From assembly GCA_039028875.1 (NCBI GenBank), contig JBCCHE010000003.1, positions 128,130 to 192,129 on the forward strand: a DNA stretch of 64,000 nucleotides, in the 5' to 3' direction. The position numbers and the translations under genes were made by a program. The notes beneath the pieces were generated by a model. That model did no database searches, was not told the DNA's origin, and was given only the letters and a program-made list of their open reading frames with translations. Below, in pieces: positions 30,516 to 40,775 of this stretch; position 1 is the first letter of the stretch, and each line of letters begins with the position of its first letter. The stretch is from Myxococcota bacterium. GTDB taxonomy: Bacteria > Myxococcota_A > Polyangia > Polyangiales > Houyiibacteriaceae.

Positions 30516-33500
30516 ATGGTCGGAGATCCGCCCTCACGCCCCACAAAGGCGATACGCAAGCGCGACCTGACGGAGTTGCGCATCGACAACCTGCGTCGCG
30601 AGCTCGATGCCGAGACTGACGCGCGGAGTCAGGCGGCGATTCTCTACGAGATCGGAATCCTACTTGAGCATGACCTCAACCGGCCGGCCGAAGCTGCACT
30701 GGCGCACGCGCGCGCCGCAACGCTCGACCCACTCTTCGTCCCTCCGTTGATCGCGAGTCTTCGCATCGCCGAACGTGGGTCGAACGGCCAACCGATCGAA
30801 GCGATTTGCGATGCGCAGGCAGTTGCGGCGTCGTCGCCCACGTTGCGGGGCTCGGCGCTCGTCGACCTGGCCCTCCACACCGAGGACTGGGAGGGGCTGA
30901 TTCGCGAGGCGATCCGGATCTCGCCCGCGACGGGCTCGGCTTCGCTGCTCCTCGAGTGGCTCGCTGGCAAGCACGGGAACGACGCTGCCCGCGCAGACGC
31001 ACTGCGTGCGCAGGCCCAAGCCGCCACGGACCCGGCACTGCGTGGCGCGCTCTACCTCGATCTCGGGCTGGCTGAGCTCGACCTCGGCCACGTCCAGGAG
31101 GCCCTCGGCGCGTTGTCCGAGGCCTGCCGGTCCATCGACGTGCGTTGGCAAGCTCGAACGCTGTCGGTCCGGGTCGCGCGCGAACACGAGGAGTGGGACA
31201 CCTTTGATCGCCAGGCTCGAACGCTCGCCGCGGAGCTTCAGGACGCAGACGCCCTAGGACCCAATGGAACCTTGGGACTTCCGCTCGACCATTCGTCGGC
31301 GATTGCGGCCGCGGCGTGGCTCCTCGAGGAAGCCGCCATCCGGAGGTTCGACGCCCTCGGTGATCCAAAGGGAGCCTCCGAAGTGCTCGACGAAGCGATT
31401 CAGCTCCGCCCCGAGAGCCTTCGACTGCGACTTCTCGATCTCGCTATCGCAGAGGAGACGGGCGACGACGCGCGCGTCACCGTCGCGCGCGTCTGGTTTG
31501 AGGAAAACGCTCCCGAGCATCCGGGGTTCGTCGCTCACCGGACTCGGGAAGCGGTCGAGAACGCCGGGCACGAGAACACACTCGCCACACTTCAAGCCGT
31601 ATGCGATGCGAATCCCGAGTCGCGGTACGCACGGAGCGCCCTCGACGTCGTCTTGGGGAAAACCGGAAGCAGCACCGATCGCGTCCAGGCGTGGCGTTCA
31701 CGGTCGGGCGCTACGGGCGACCACCTGTCGGCATGGCGAGCCGCTCAGTTGGCGACGGACCAGGGCGCACCTGGGATCGACACCGCAACCCTGTTCGAGC
31801 AGGCGGCAGGCGCAAACCCCTCCCACGCCGCGGCAATCGCGAGAGAGAAGTTCGGCGAAGCCTGGATCCAACATCGATACGACCAACTCGCAAGCCGTTG
31901 CGACGAGTTGATGGGACACGACCTCGACGACAACGAGCGGGCGACCATCGGTTTTTGCAAGTACGAGGCTCTCAAGCGAGGCGTCGGGGAAGCGAGCAGC
32001 CGCGCATGGCTTCAAGAGGCGATCGACGACCCTACGCACGAACGCTGGGCGCCCAGCATTGCGCGCGCACGCGCCGCCTTGGCCGGTGACCTCCCACTTC
32101 TGATTCGCGCCCACGAAGCGCTGGCATCGACGACAGCAGGCGCGACCCGTGTCGGGCACCTTTGCGCGGTGGCCCAAGCCCACGCTCGTAAGGACGACTG
32201 GGAGCTTTGCGAACAAGCCCTGGAACGCGCTCTCGAGGAGTCACCAAACGACCCGTATGCCCTCTCCCTCATGGAGGCGGTGATGCGCGAAAGTGGCAGG
32301 CCCGAGGCAGCGGTCTCGCTGGTGGAGAAGCGTTCTTCGAGCCGTCCGGGGGCGCCGCTCGACGAACTCGCTTTGCTACTCGCCGGAGCGTCGGCCGAAA
32401 GGAGCGGCAATCTCCCCGCCGCGAGGCACGCCTACGAGACGGCCCTCAAAGGCGCCCCCGCTTCGGCGTCCGCAGCCTTGTCACTCCTCGACATCGCCCG
32501 ACAACAGGGGGACCGGGCCGCCTCAATTCGGGCCTACGAGGCGCTCTCCCTAAGCGAACTCAGCGGCGAGAGTCCGGAACGGTTCACCATCCTCCACGCG
32601 GACGCGTTGAGGAGGGCTCGCCGCGAAGCCGAAGCTGCCGAGGCATACCAGGCTGGTCTCGCGAGCCCGTCGACGTCGGTCGCCGGAGCGCTTGGTGTCC
32701 TCACCACGCCCGCGCGCGCAACCACCGACGCGCAGCGAGGTGCCGCCGAGCAAGCGCTACAAGGACATCTCGTCGGCGCCGAACCCAAACCGCAGAGCTT
32801 CGCAGATACCTACAACGGCTGGCGGTCAACGGCCTCCACAGGCGACACCGACGCACAGGCTTGGTTCGCATGGTCCGAGATGGCGCCAAACGAAGCTGTA
32901 CGGGCGAGTACGCTCCTTCACGGATTACGCTCGGCGTCGCTCGGGGAGCACGCCAACGGTGACGATACCTTTCTGATGGCACAACAAGCGGAGGGGATCG
33001 CCGAGCATCGGTTGCAAGCCGCGGTCGCGCTCGACGAATCTCTGGCGCCGGGCGACGACGCGGAGTTCATCGCGAACGCGCTCGACAAACGGTTGCGTCA
33101 TCGACGAACCGGCTCCACTGGCGGAGAAGCCTCGGAAAAGGCAGCGTTCGTGCGGGCACTCGTAAACGCCGGTCGCGGCCGTGATGCCATCCCGCTTCTG
33201 ACCGAGGCCCTCGACGCTCGCCCTGACGATCTTGCGCTCTGGGAGACCCTTCGATCCGCCGCCAGGCAGGCGGAGGAGTGGTCATGGGTCGCGCTTGCTT
33301 GCGACCGGCTTGCGCAGTCGGTCGAAGGTTCTCTTCGAGCGGACCTTCTCGAGGAGGGAGGCGTGGTGCGTCTCGACCAGCTCGACCAAGCCGCCCAAGC
33401 CGAGGACCTCTTCCGCGCCGCACTCGAGAGCGACCCCACGCGCGAAGTCGCATTTCGACGCCTCCACGACATCCTTGCGGATCGAGAGGACTCCGATGCG

Positions 33501-34943
33501 CTCGAAGCACTCGTAGCCACGCGCCTCGCTGGGGGCCACGCCGACGACCGAAGCGAGTTGCTCTATGAACGTGCACGCCTGCTACGCGGGGTTGGCGAGC
33601 GGGAGGAAGCACTCTCGGTGCTCGACGAGCTTCTGGCCGATTCGCCCCAGCATCCAGGAGCACTGGCGCTGGCAGCGGAGACCTTTGTATCGATGGAGCG
33701 ATGGGAAGACGCCGTGACCAGGCTTGAGCGGCTGACCCAATCGAATATTCCGCCGGCGCAACGTCGGATGGCGCATCTCGGCGCCGCGGACTTCCTGGAG
33801 CATCAGCTCGGGCGGCCTGCCGAAGCCCTTGAGGAACTCCGTGCGGTCGATGCGCTTGGCCTCGCTGGCGTCGTTGTCCTCAACCGAATGGGACGGCTTT
33901 CTCAATCCGAAGCGGATGACTCCGCAGCCGCCGAAGCGTACGAACGCGCCCTCGGCCTCGCCCCGACAGACCACACGGCCGCTCGGGGCGTCGCCGCTTT
34001 GCCCGACGGGCCTTCTCGCGATCGGATGCTCCGCGGTTTCGAGGACGCACTGTTCAGCGCGATCGACCGCGGAGGGGCGGACGTCACGGCGTGGGCTTCG
34101 TTGCGAGACGCTGCACGATGGCGCGGTCACGCCAATCGCGCAGTGGCGGCGGAACGGGTGCTCATGCTCTTCGAGCCGACAGGGACGTTTGCGGGAGCGC
34201 CAGGCGAGGCGCCCGACTTCGGGAGCGTCGATGCGGAGGCACTGGGGGACCACTCGCTCGACGAACGGATGCAGCAACTCGTGCTGCGTGGTTGCGCAGG
34301 CCTCGACAAGAGCCGCCACCGATCTCGGCACAAAGCGAGCGAGGATGCCCGCGCGGTGGCCGAACTGAACGCGCTCTGCACGAGGTTCGGCGCCCCGCGT
34401 GGCGTAGTTCGGCTCGGCGACGACGTGGCGAAACCGCAAGCCCGCTTGAACCGACGTGGCGAGGTCGACTGGCTACTGCCGAACGCGGCAGTCAAAGGCC
34501 TCGAGGCCGCATTCTCGTTCACCGCGGGACGATTGGCATGGATCACACCGCGCGGAGGCTCCGTTCTCCTCGAGGCCACGAGAGCGCAAGCGACCGGAAC
34601 ACTGGCGGCCGTCTTGCGCGCGGCAGGATGCGAGGTGACGTCCGATCTCGGGGGCATCCCGCGGGTCGACGTGAAGCTCTCGAGGTCTGCCCGACGGAGT
34701 GTCGGTGACGCACTCGGCGACGCCGCAACGACGCTATCTTCACTCCAAGCAGTGGCGCGTTGGTTCCAACAGAGTGCCGACCGCGCTGGGCTGATCGCCT
34801 GCCAAGACATAGCCGCAGCGCTCGAGGTGATCCTAGGCACTGAGAAGATCACCCCAGAGCGCATCGCCGAATCGCCTCGCGCGATCGAGCTCACGCGCTT
34901 TTGGCTGCACCCGGAATCACCGGTATGGGGCGCGCATGGCTGA
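30516..34943 (+). CDS. Giant helical-repeat (TPR-like) protein A, 1475 aa, with C-terminal zincin-like module lacking HEXXH
   Basis: ATG at 30516 has GAGGG upstream, 10 nt after the SDR stop. The sequence is Ala/Leu/Arg/Asp/Glu-rich with a repetitive helical-hairpin periodicity. The C-terminal ~266 aa (nt ~34143-34940) contain FSFTAGRLAWI and SADRAGLIACQDIAAALEVIL. Confidence 0.75.
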   Translation: MVGDPPSRPTKAIRKRDLTELRIDNLRRELDAETDARSQAAILYEIGILLEHDLNRPAEAALAHARAATLDPLFVPPLIASLRIAERGSNGQPIEAICDAQAVAASSPTLRGSALVDLALHTEDWEGLIREAIRISPATGSASLLLEWLAGKHGNDAARADALRAQAQAATDPALRGALYLDLGLAELDLGHVQEALGALSEACRSIDVRWQARTLSVRVAREHEEWDTFDRQARTLAAELQDADALGPNGTLGLPLDHSSAIAAAAWLLEEAAIRRFDALGDPKGASEVLDEAIQLRPESLRLRLLDLAIAEETGDDARVTVARVWFEENAPEHPGFVAHRTREAVENAGHENTLATLQAVCDANPESRYARSALDVVLGKTGSSTDRVQAWRSRSGATGDHLSAWRAAQLATDQGAPGIDTATLFEQAAGANPSHAAAIAREKFGEAWIQHRYDQLASRCDELMGHDLDDNERATIGFCKYEALKRGVGEASSRAWLQEAIDDPTHERWAPSIARARAALAGDLPLLIRAHEALASTTAGATRVGHLCAVAQAHARKDDWELCEQALERALEESPNDPYALSLMEAVMRESGRPEAAVSLVEKRSSSRPGAPLDELALLLAGASAERSGNLPAARHAYETALKGAPASASAALSLLDIARQQGDRAASIRAYEALSLSELSGESPERFTILHADALRRARREAEAAEAYQAGLASPSTSVAGALGVLTTPARATTDAQRGAAEQALQGHLVGAEPKPQSFADTYNGWRSTASTGDTDAQAWFAWSEMAPNEAVRASTLLHGLRSASLGEHANGDDTFLMAQQAEGIAEHRLQAAVALDESLAPGDDAEFIANALDKRLRHRRTGSTGGEASEKAAFVRALVNAGRGRDAIPLLTEALDARPDDLALWETLRSAARQAEEWSWVALACDRLAQSVEGSLRADLLEEGGVVRLDQLDQAAQAEDLFRAALESDPTREVAFRRLHDILADREDSDALEALVATRLAGGHADDRSELLYERARLLRGVGEREEALSVLDELLADSPQHPGALALAAETFVSMERWEDAVTRLERLTQSNIPPAQRRMAHLGAADFLEHQLGRPAEALEELRAVDALGLAGVVVLNRMGRLSQSEADDSAAAEAYERALGLAPTDHTAARGVAALPDGPSRDRMLRGFEDALFSAIDRGGADVTAWASLRDAARWRGHANRAVAAERVLMLFEPTGTFAGAPGEAPDFGSVDAEALGDHSLDERMQQLVLRGCAGLDKSRHRSRHKASEDARAVAELNALCTRFGAPRGVVRLGDDVAKPQARLNRRGEVDWLLPNAAVKGLEAAFSFTAGRLAWITPRGGSVLLEATRAQATGTLAAVLRAAGCEVTSDLGGIPRVDVKLSRSARRSVGDALGDAATTLSSLQAVARWFQQSADRAGLIACQDIAAALEVILGTEKITPERIAESPRAIELTRFWLHPESPVWGAHG

Positions 34944-37900
34944 GGACGAACTCACCAGCCAGCCGCCGCCGAGCGGTGCGGTCTTCGACTTCGACGAAGG
35001 GAGTATCTCGACCCTACTCGACCACTTCGTCGAAGCGCACACTGGGCCCCAACGACAGGAGAGTTCGCGACCGCCGGACGCCGAGGACGCAGGTGCACAG
35101 GCCGCGCACCGCACGATCTTCGAACACGCGCCTCGCGAGGAGCGTATGCCCCTGGTCGGCGACACGCCAGAGGCCCTGCGCCGCAGAATCTCGCTCATCG
35201 AGGCTTTGGCGGCGAGCGCCAGCGGTTCGGCAGAGGCCCGCCTTTGGACGAGCGCCGGCGAGCTTCACGAGCGGCTCGGCGACCTTGCCTCAGCCGGCGA
35301 AGCCTATCGACGCGCGCTATCTTCGGACGCGCGCGACGTCGTTGCCCTGAGGGCGCTCCGGCGGCACGCGCGAGCCAGAAGAGACTGGGACAGCATGGCC
35401 GGATTCCTCGCACAGGAGGCTGCGCTCGACCTCGGACCAGACGAACGAGCCACAGCCCTCGAACTACTCGCGCAGGTTCACCTGGCACGCACGGGCGACA
35501 CGGCAGCCGCAGAGCACGCCGCCCGAGACGCCGCGTCTCTCACCCCGGGAAGCTTCTGCGCACACCTGACCGTCGCATTGGCTTGCTTCGCCCGTGGCGA
35601 CTCGGCGGGCGCGGGGCAGGCGATCGCCAACGCCGCCGAGGGCTGGCCAGACGACGACGCCAGAGCAGCTCTGCTACAACACGCAGGCGCACTCACCGAG
35701 CAAGCGGGAGACATCGCGGCCGCCCGAAGCCTGTATCAGAGAGCGTCCGCCCTCGATCCGAACTCGCTGCCAGCTCAGCTCGGGCTCATCCGAGCCGATT
35801 ACGAACTCGGAGACCTCCGAAGCTGTGTGGCGACTTTGGAGGAACTTGCCGGACGGGTCGGCGGCCCTGTCCTTGCCGCGGGCCTGACTCGCATGGCCGC
35901 CGTGGTTCGCGCGTGGGCCGGCGACCCGGCGGCAGATATCGCCACGCGGGACGGAGGCGATGCACTCCATCGGTGGACCGACGCGGGCATCGCGGCAGCC
36001 GACGGGGACCTCGACGCGTTGGTCGATGCGCTTCGACCCCAACCGGACGACGACGATGCCGTCAGGGCAATCGACGCGGCGCGAAGTGAACGCATCCACG
36101 CCGAGCGAAGAGAGGCCCCCCAGATCTCCGCGACGGATCTGGAACGCATCGAGGCGCACGGCCTAACCAACTACTTCCGCGCGTCCCAACGCCTCCGCGG
36201 TGAGGACGACGGAAGCGAGCTCCGGTGGCTGATCGAGGCGTTGAACGTAGCCCCCGAAAGCGTGCCGGCCGACATGGTCAATGCCGACGGCGCGGCTCTC
36301 CTTGGCGACGGAGCCGCCCTCGTCGCGGCGCTCGGCCGCGAGGTCGAACGCGCCGCGGATCCTACGGGACCCGCCTTGGCGCTCGCGGAGATCTCCGAGG
36401 AACTCGACCCGGAAAGCCGCGCCCAATCCCTCCGAGCCGACTCGGATCCACTCGTTCTTCGGGCGTTCACCTTGGCGGCGGGGCCTGAGGACGCACCGTC
36501 TGTCGCCGAGGCCTGGCGCCAAGAAGGACGCGCCACGCCCGGGCAGGCCGGGGTTTTCGCATCGACGATGGCGGGTCGCCTGCACCAGCGCGCCAACAGG
36601 CTAAGCGACGCGATCAAGTGCTTCGAAGAAGCGACCCAACAACAGGTCGACTACTGGCCCGCGCTGTGGGCGCTCGAAGACGGTCCCTTCGACGACGCCA
36701 CTCGGCAGCGGTCGGCCGTCGCTCAAGCCGACATCGGGGCCCCTGACGCGTCGGACGCATGGCTGCGCGCGTCCTTTCTCACCACCGAACGAGAGGAACA
36801 GCTCTTGCACCTCGAGGCGGCGCGACCAACGACGGCGCAGGATCCAATTCTCGCCGAAGCCCTCGTGCGCGCCCTCGGCCCGTGCGCACAGCCGACGGCG
36901 GAGGTCCTGCTGTCGTCCACCCATGACCCAGCATCGGTTCGGATCTCTCGCGCGGCGACGGCGCTTCTCACCAAAGGTGACTCCGCTGGTGCAGCCCGAG
37001 AGTTGCGCGCGCTTGCGGAGCGCGAACCGGACGATATTGATGTCAGAACCTTGTGTGAAGACGCGGAGATCCGAGCTGGCGAGTACGCCAGGGTCGCGAC
37101 CTCGATGATGCGCCGCGTGCGCGAGGCAACGCAAGAGGCGGACGAGCTTGCCGCGCTTGCCGACATGGTCATGGTGGACCGCTTGGTTCGGAGGGATCGA
37201 CAGAGTGCTCGGCTCTCCCTTCAGTCGGTGGCGGAGCGAGTCCCCGATCACCTCCCAACCGCCCGCGCGCTCGAGTGGGACGCCCTCTACATGAACGATG
37301 GTGAGCGGATCATGTCGAGCGCGAAGAGAATGCTTGGGTGCTTGGCCGAAGAATCTCACGAACACGCAGCACGCCGGCGGCTGATGGTGGAGGTCTTGAC
37401 TGCCGATCCCGACATCCTGGCGCACGACGTTGACCGGCTGCTCACCGGAACCAACGACGACATCGACGCGGACCCCGGTCTCGCAAGACGGGTTGTCGGA
37501 ATGGCCTACGCGAGGGGCGAGGACGAGACCACACTTCGAGCGCTCGCATCGCTCCAAGCGCACCTGCCGAGCGAGCTCGAACGAAGCGCGATCGCACTCG
37601 AGCGCGCCCACGTCCTCGAACGAAGGGGAGAGCCCGAACGCGCTCTGGCGATCCTATCGGATGCATCGGATCATCCACTTGGCCTCGCGCTCGAAGCAGA
37701 ACTGTTGGCAGCGGCGGAACGCTGGGACGAAGCGACTGCATGCTTCGAGCGCGCCGCAACCCATGCCAAGGACGGACGCCGCGCGGCCTCGCTTTGGCGC
37801 GCGGCGGCGCAGCTGTTTGAGGAGAAACTCGACGACACCGACAGCGCGGTTCGAACCTACGTCGCAGCAGCCGGGGCCGACATCACCTACCTCGATGTGT

Positions 37901-39618
37901 ACCGACGACTTTTGACCCTCTACCAACGACTCGGGCGCTCCACAGAAGCCGAGGCACTCACCGACGCGCGCATCGACGCGGGTGCCGACACACCCAACTT
38001 GGTCGCGCTCCTGCTCGAGCAGGCGAGCCAGCGACGCAGTCGTGGCGATCTCGATGGCGTGGTCTCTGCGCTCCACGAGTGTCTCGACCTCGACCCTCAC
38101 CACTTCGGCGCGCTGACTGAGCTCGTCGATACGCATCGGCAACGAAAGGACTGGCAGGGCGCTGCTGAGGGTCTGATTCGGATCGCGCGACTCAAGCGGT
38201 CCCCGGACGAGCAGGTTTGGGCGTTCTCGCAGCTCGCGGAGCTGTACGAACTCCAGCTCGAGGACGCACCCCGCGCCGAGGCCGCGCTTCGGCAGGTTCT
38301 CAAGCTCGCACCAACTCGCGCCGAGGCCCACGACCAGCTCGCCCGGGTGTTGCGGATACAAGGCAAGGCCGTCGAGGCCGCGAAGGTGCTCGACGGCCTC
38401 GTGCGACGATCCCCGACGGGCCCCGCAAGAACCGACTATGCGATTCGGCTGGCGGCGGCCGTGGAGGCGGCAGGGCAACCACGGCAGGCCGAGCAATACC
38501 TCGAGAACCTTCGTGCGGAGCACCCCACCGACCTGGATCTGGTCCTCGCGTTGACCGACCACTTCGAACGCCAGGGCACGCCCGCCGCGGCATCGATGCA
38601 TCTCAATCGAGCCTTGGCCGACGTGCGCGACGCGATCGACGCCGACCCTGAAGACGGAGAGCTTTGGACGACGATCGTCCGGATCCTCGGCCGACGGCAC
38701 GGACCTGGCCCCGCCTCGTGCGCGGCCAGCGCGGCAATCGCCCTCGGCCACCCGGCCGCCTTGTTCGAGGGAGCTGTCGACGAACGGGGTCGGACCCTCG
38801 GAACGCCCCAGATTCCGATCGACAGCAACGTCGATCGAATCACCACGCCGAAAGAGTTGCCGGCCACATTGCTACGCGTCTTTGAGATGTGTGAGCAAGG
38901 CTTCGAGAAGCTCCTGCCCCTCGACAGTGGGGGCTGGAAGCTTCGTCGCGTCCCAACCTCGATGCGCGCCCTGCACGGCGAGGCGAGCCAGGTGGCGAAG
39001 GCCCTCGGGCTGGGGGAACCGAAGCTTCGAATCGCCAGCGGCTCGTCGACCGTGTGCATGCCCATCTCGGGCCAGCCGATGACGATCGCAATCGGCGAGC
39101 AACTGACCGAGGTGACGTCCGAGCGAGAACGCGTCTTCTTGTTGGCTCGTGCCCTCAAGATCGCAAGCCTTCATCTTGCCCCGGCGCTTCGCGCCCAGCC
39201 GTCCGATCTCGACGCGGTTCTATTGGCACTCCTCGGCACGCAAGAGGCCAGCCGCGCGCAACGCCCTCCCCCAACGCAGGCGGACGACCTCCGACGGACC
39301 CTGGTGCGATCCGTGCCCCGTCGGTCACGCAATGATCTCGAGGGGCTCATCCTAGAGCTCCGTGGAGACCAAGGTTTCTCGTCCCTTGCCGTCCCCATGG
39401 CGATCGCCGCCTTGGGGAATCAGGTGGCGCTGACACTCACCGGCGATGTGCCGTCAGCCGTGACCGCCCTTTTGCGGGCTTCGGGCGAGCCCGTTCCGGA
39501 GATCCAACACGCCAAGCTGGCGGTCATCCGCGATACCCCGGAGGTGTGGAACCTCATACGTTTCGCCCTCAGCAACGCACATTTTGAGGCTCGGGCCCAA
39601 GCTGGTGTAGATCGATAG
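34936..39618 (+). CDS. Giant helical-repeat (TPR-like) protein B, 1560 aa, paralogue of A
   Basis: Its ATG overlaps the stop of A (ATGGCTGA at 34936-34943). Composition and repeat character match A. The C-terminal ~287 aa (nt ~38755-39615) align by eye with the tail of A (VFLLARALKIASL; GNQVALTLTGDVPSAVTALL). Confidence 0.75.
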   Translation: MAEDELTSQPPPSGAVFDFDEGSISTLLDHFVEAHTGPQRQESSRPPDAEDAGAQAAHRTIFEHAPREERMPLVGDTPEALRRRISLIEALAASASGSAEARLWTSAGELHERLGDLASAGEAYRRALSSDARDVVALRALRRHARARRDWDSMAGFLAQEAALDLGPDERATALELLAQVHLARTGDTAAAEHAARDAASLTPGSFCAHLTVALACFARGDSAGAGQAIANAAEGWPDDDARAALLQHAGALTEQAGDIAAARSLYQRASALDPNSLPAQLGLIRADYELGDLRSCVATLEELAGRVGGPVLAAGLTRMAAVVRAWAGDPAADIATRDGGDALHRWTDAGIAAADGDLDALVDALRPQPDDDDAVRAIDAARSERIHAERREAPQISATDLERIEAHGLTNYFRASQRLRGEDDGSELRWLIEALNVAPESVPADMVNADGAALLGDGAALVAALGREVERAADPTGPALALAEISEELDPESRAQSLRADSDPLVLRAFTLAAGPEDAPSVAEAWRQEGRATPGQAGVFASTMAGRLHQRANRLSDAIKCFEEATQQQVDYWPALWALEDGPFDDATRQRSAVAQADIGAPDASDAWLRASFLTTEREEQLLHLEAARPTTAQDPILAEALVRALGPCAQPTAEVLLSSTHDPASVRISRAATALLTKGDSAGAARELRALAEREPDDIDVRTLCEDAEIRAGEYARVATSMMRRVREATQEADELAALADMVMVDRLVRRDRQSARLSLQSVAERVPDHLPTARALEWDALYMNDGERIMSSAKRMLGCLAEESHEHAARRRLMVEVLTADPDILAHDVDRLLTGTNDDIDADPGLARRVVGMAYARGEDETTLRALASLQAHLPSELERSAIALERAHVLERRGEPERALAILSDASDHPLGLALEAELLAAAERWDEATACFERAATHAKDGRRAASLWRAAAQLFEEKLDDTDSAVRTYVAAAGADITYLDVYRRLLTLYQRLGRSTEAEALTDARIDAGADTPNLVALLLEQASQRRSRGDLDGVVSALHECLDLDPHHFGALTELVDTHRQRKDWQGAAEGLIRIARLKRSPDEQVWAFSQLAELYELQLEDAPRAEAALRQVLKLAPTRAEAHDQLARVLRIQGKAVEAAKVLDGLVRRSPTGPARTDYAIRLAAAVEAAGQPRQAEQYLENLRAEHPTDLDLVLALTDHFERQGTPAAASMHLNRALADVRDAIDADPEDGELWTTIVRILGRRHGPGPASCAASAAIALGHPAALFEGAVDERGRTLGTPQIPIDSNVDRITTPKELPATLLRVFEMCEQGFEKLLPLDSGGWKLRRVPTSMRALHGEASQVAKALGLGEPKLRIASGSSTVCMPISGQPMTIAIGEQLTEVTSERERVFLLARALKIASLHLAPALRAQPSDLDAVLLALLGTQEASRAQRPPPTQADDLRRTLVRSVPRRSRNDLEGLILELRGDQGFSSLAVPMAIAALGNQVALTLTGDVPSAVTALLRASGEPVPEIQHAKLAVIRDTPEVWNLIRFALSNAHFEARAQAGVDR

Positions 39619-39621
39619 CTC

Positions 39622-40215
39622 ATGCGGTTTGGTTTCATCGGCCCAGCGGGACTCGACGCCGCGCTCCTCGAGAGCGCCGTCGACCTCTTGGTGACGAAGT
39701 TCGAGGCCGACGCTGTGATCTACTTCGCCGCCGATGAGGCCATCAGAGACTTCATCACCGCACATCAACGTGACAAGGCCGACCTGACCTTCGAGCAACA
39801 GGTTGCGCAGGTTGCGGCCACCGGATCCCCGGACGAGATCCACCAGGTGGTTCGCTCGCTCTGCGGCGCCCGGTACTTGGAGAAACTCCGCGTCGTGCCC
39901 CAGTCACCGGCGAGCGTCATCGAGATGCTCGACGACAGAATCGTTCTCTTGGTCCGCGACAAGTCGAGCATCGGCGAGGAGGACGTCGTGAACTCCAACG
40001 TGGTCGTGTACGGCGATGCCAAGAGTCTCACTTTCAAGCGCTATGGGCCCCGCTGTTTCTTCAGCCCGGGTCCTCTGGAAGGCGGTCATGTCGGTATTCT
40101 CGACGACGAATCCGAGGGGGGCGGCGTGACCTTGCGAGCGCTCGCCCTTGATGCCGAGATCGTCTGGACCGAGGCGATTCAAGGTCGAGGAGCGAAGATG
40201 AAGGTTGCGCCGTGA
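39622..40215 (+). CDS. YfcE/Vps29-like metallophosphoesterase-fold protein lacking metal ligands (predicted non-catalytic)
   Basis: ATG lies 3 nt after the stop of B. Block-by-block resemblance to YfcE-type phosphoesterases: MRFGFIGPAG (for xSDxHG), VIYFAAD (for vxxxGD), VVVYGDAKS (for vxGHTH) and CFFSPGPL (for xxNPGS). Confidence 0.5.
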   Translation: MRFGFIGPAGLDAALLESAVDLLVTKFEADAVIYFAADEAIRDFITAHQRDKADLTFEQQVAQVAATGSPDEIHQVVRSLCGARYLEKLRVVPQSPASVIEMLDDRIVLLVRDKSSIGEEDVVNSNVVVYGDAKSLTFKRYGPRCFFSPGPLEGGHVGILDDESEGGGVTLRALALDAEIVWTEAIQGRGAKMKVAP

Positions 40216-40775
40216 GCGCGGCGCGAGTGGCGATCTACGGCGGCAGTTTCGATCCGCCTCACATGGGGCACGTCCTCGCTGTGGCTTGGGCCCTCGGCAC
40301 GGGAGAGGTCGATCGCGCATGGATCATTCCAACCTGGAAGCACCCTTTGGGCAAGGAGCATGGCGCTGACTTCGAGGCACGAGTCGAGATGTGCGAGCGC
40401 GCCTTTGCCGGGCTTCGGAACGCCGAAGTCTCGACCGTCGAGAAAGAACTGGGCGGGGTGAGCCGCACTCTGACCACGATCGAGACCCTTGCCGCCGCGC
40501 ACCCCAACAACAGCTTTCGCCTACTCATCGGCGCGGACATCCTGAGCGAGACCGGTCGATGGCACCGATGGGACGATGTCGCCCGGGCAGCACCCCCCCT
40601 CGTGGTGGGGCGCGCCGGATACCCCCTTCCGGACGGATGCCCAATCGCGATCCCGGACGTGAACTCGACCGACGTTCGTCAGGGGCTTGCTCAGGGGGCG
40701 ACCATGGACGGACTCGTCCCATATGAGGTCCTCGCCTACGTTCGGATGCAGGGACTCTACCGGGACCCTTCATGA
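40212..40775 (+). CDS. nadD: Nicotinate-nucleotide adenylyltransferase
   Basis: The GTG start overlaps the upstream stop (GTGA). Motifs are VAIYGGSFDPPHMGHV, LLIGADIL and S..STDVR, typical of NadD. Confidence 0.9.
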   Translation: MSAARVAIYGGSFDPPHMGHVLAVAWALGTGEVDRAWIIPTWKHPLGKEHGADFEARVEMCERAFAGLRNAEVSTVEKELGGVSRTLTTIETLAAAHPNNSFRLLIGADILSETGRWHRWDDVARAAPPLVVGRAGYPLPDGCPIAIPDVNSTDVRQGLAQGATMDGLVPYEVLAYVRMQGLYRDPS

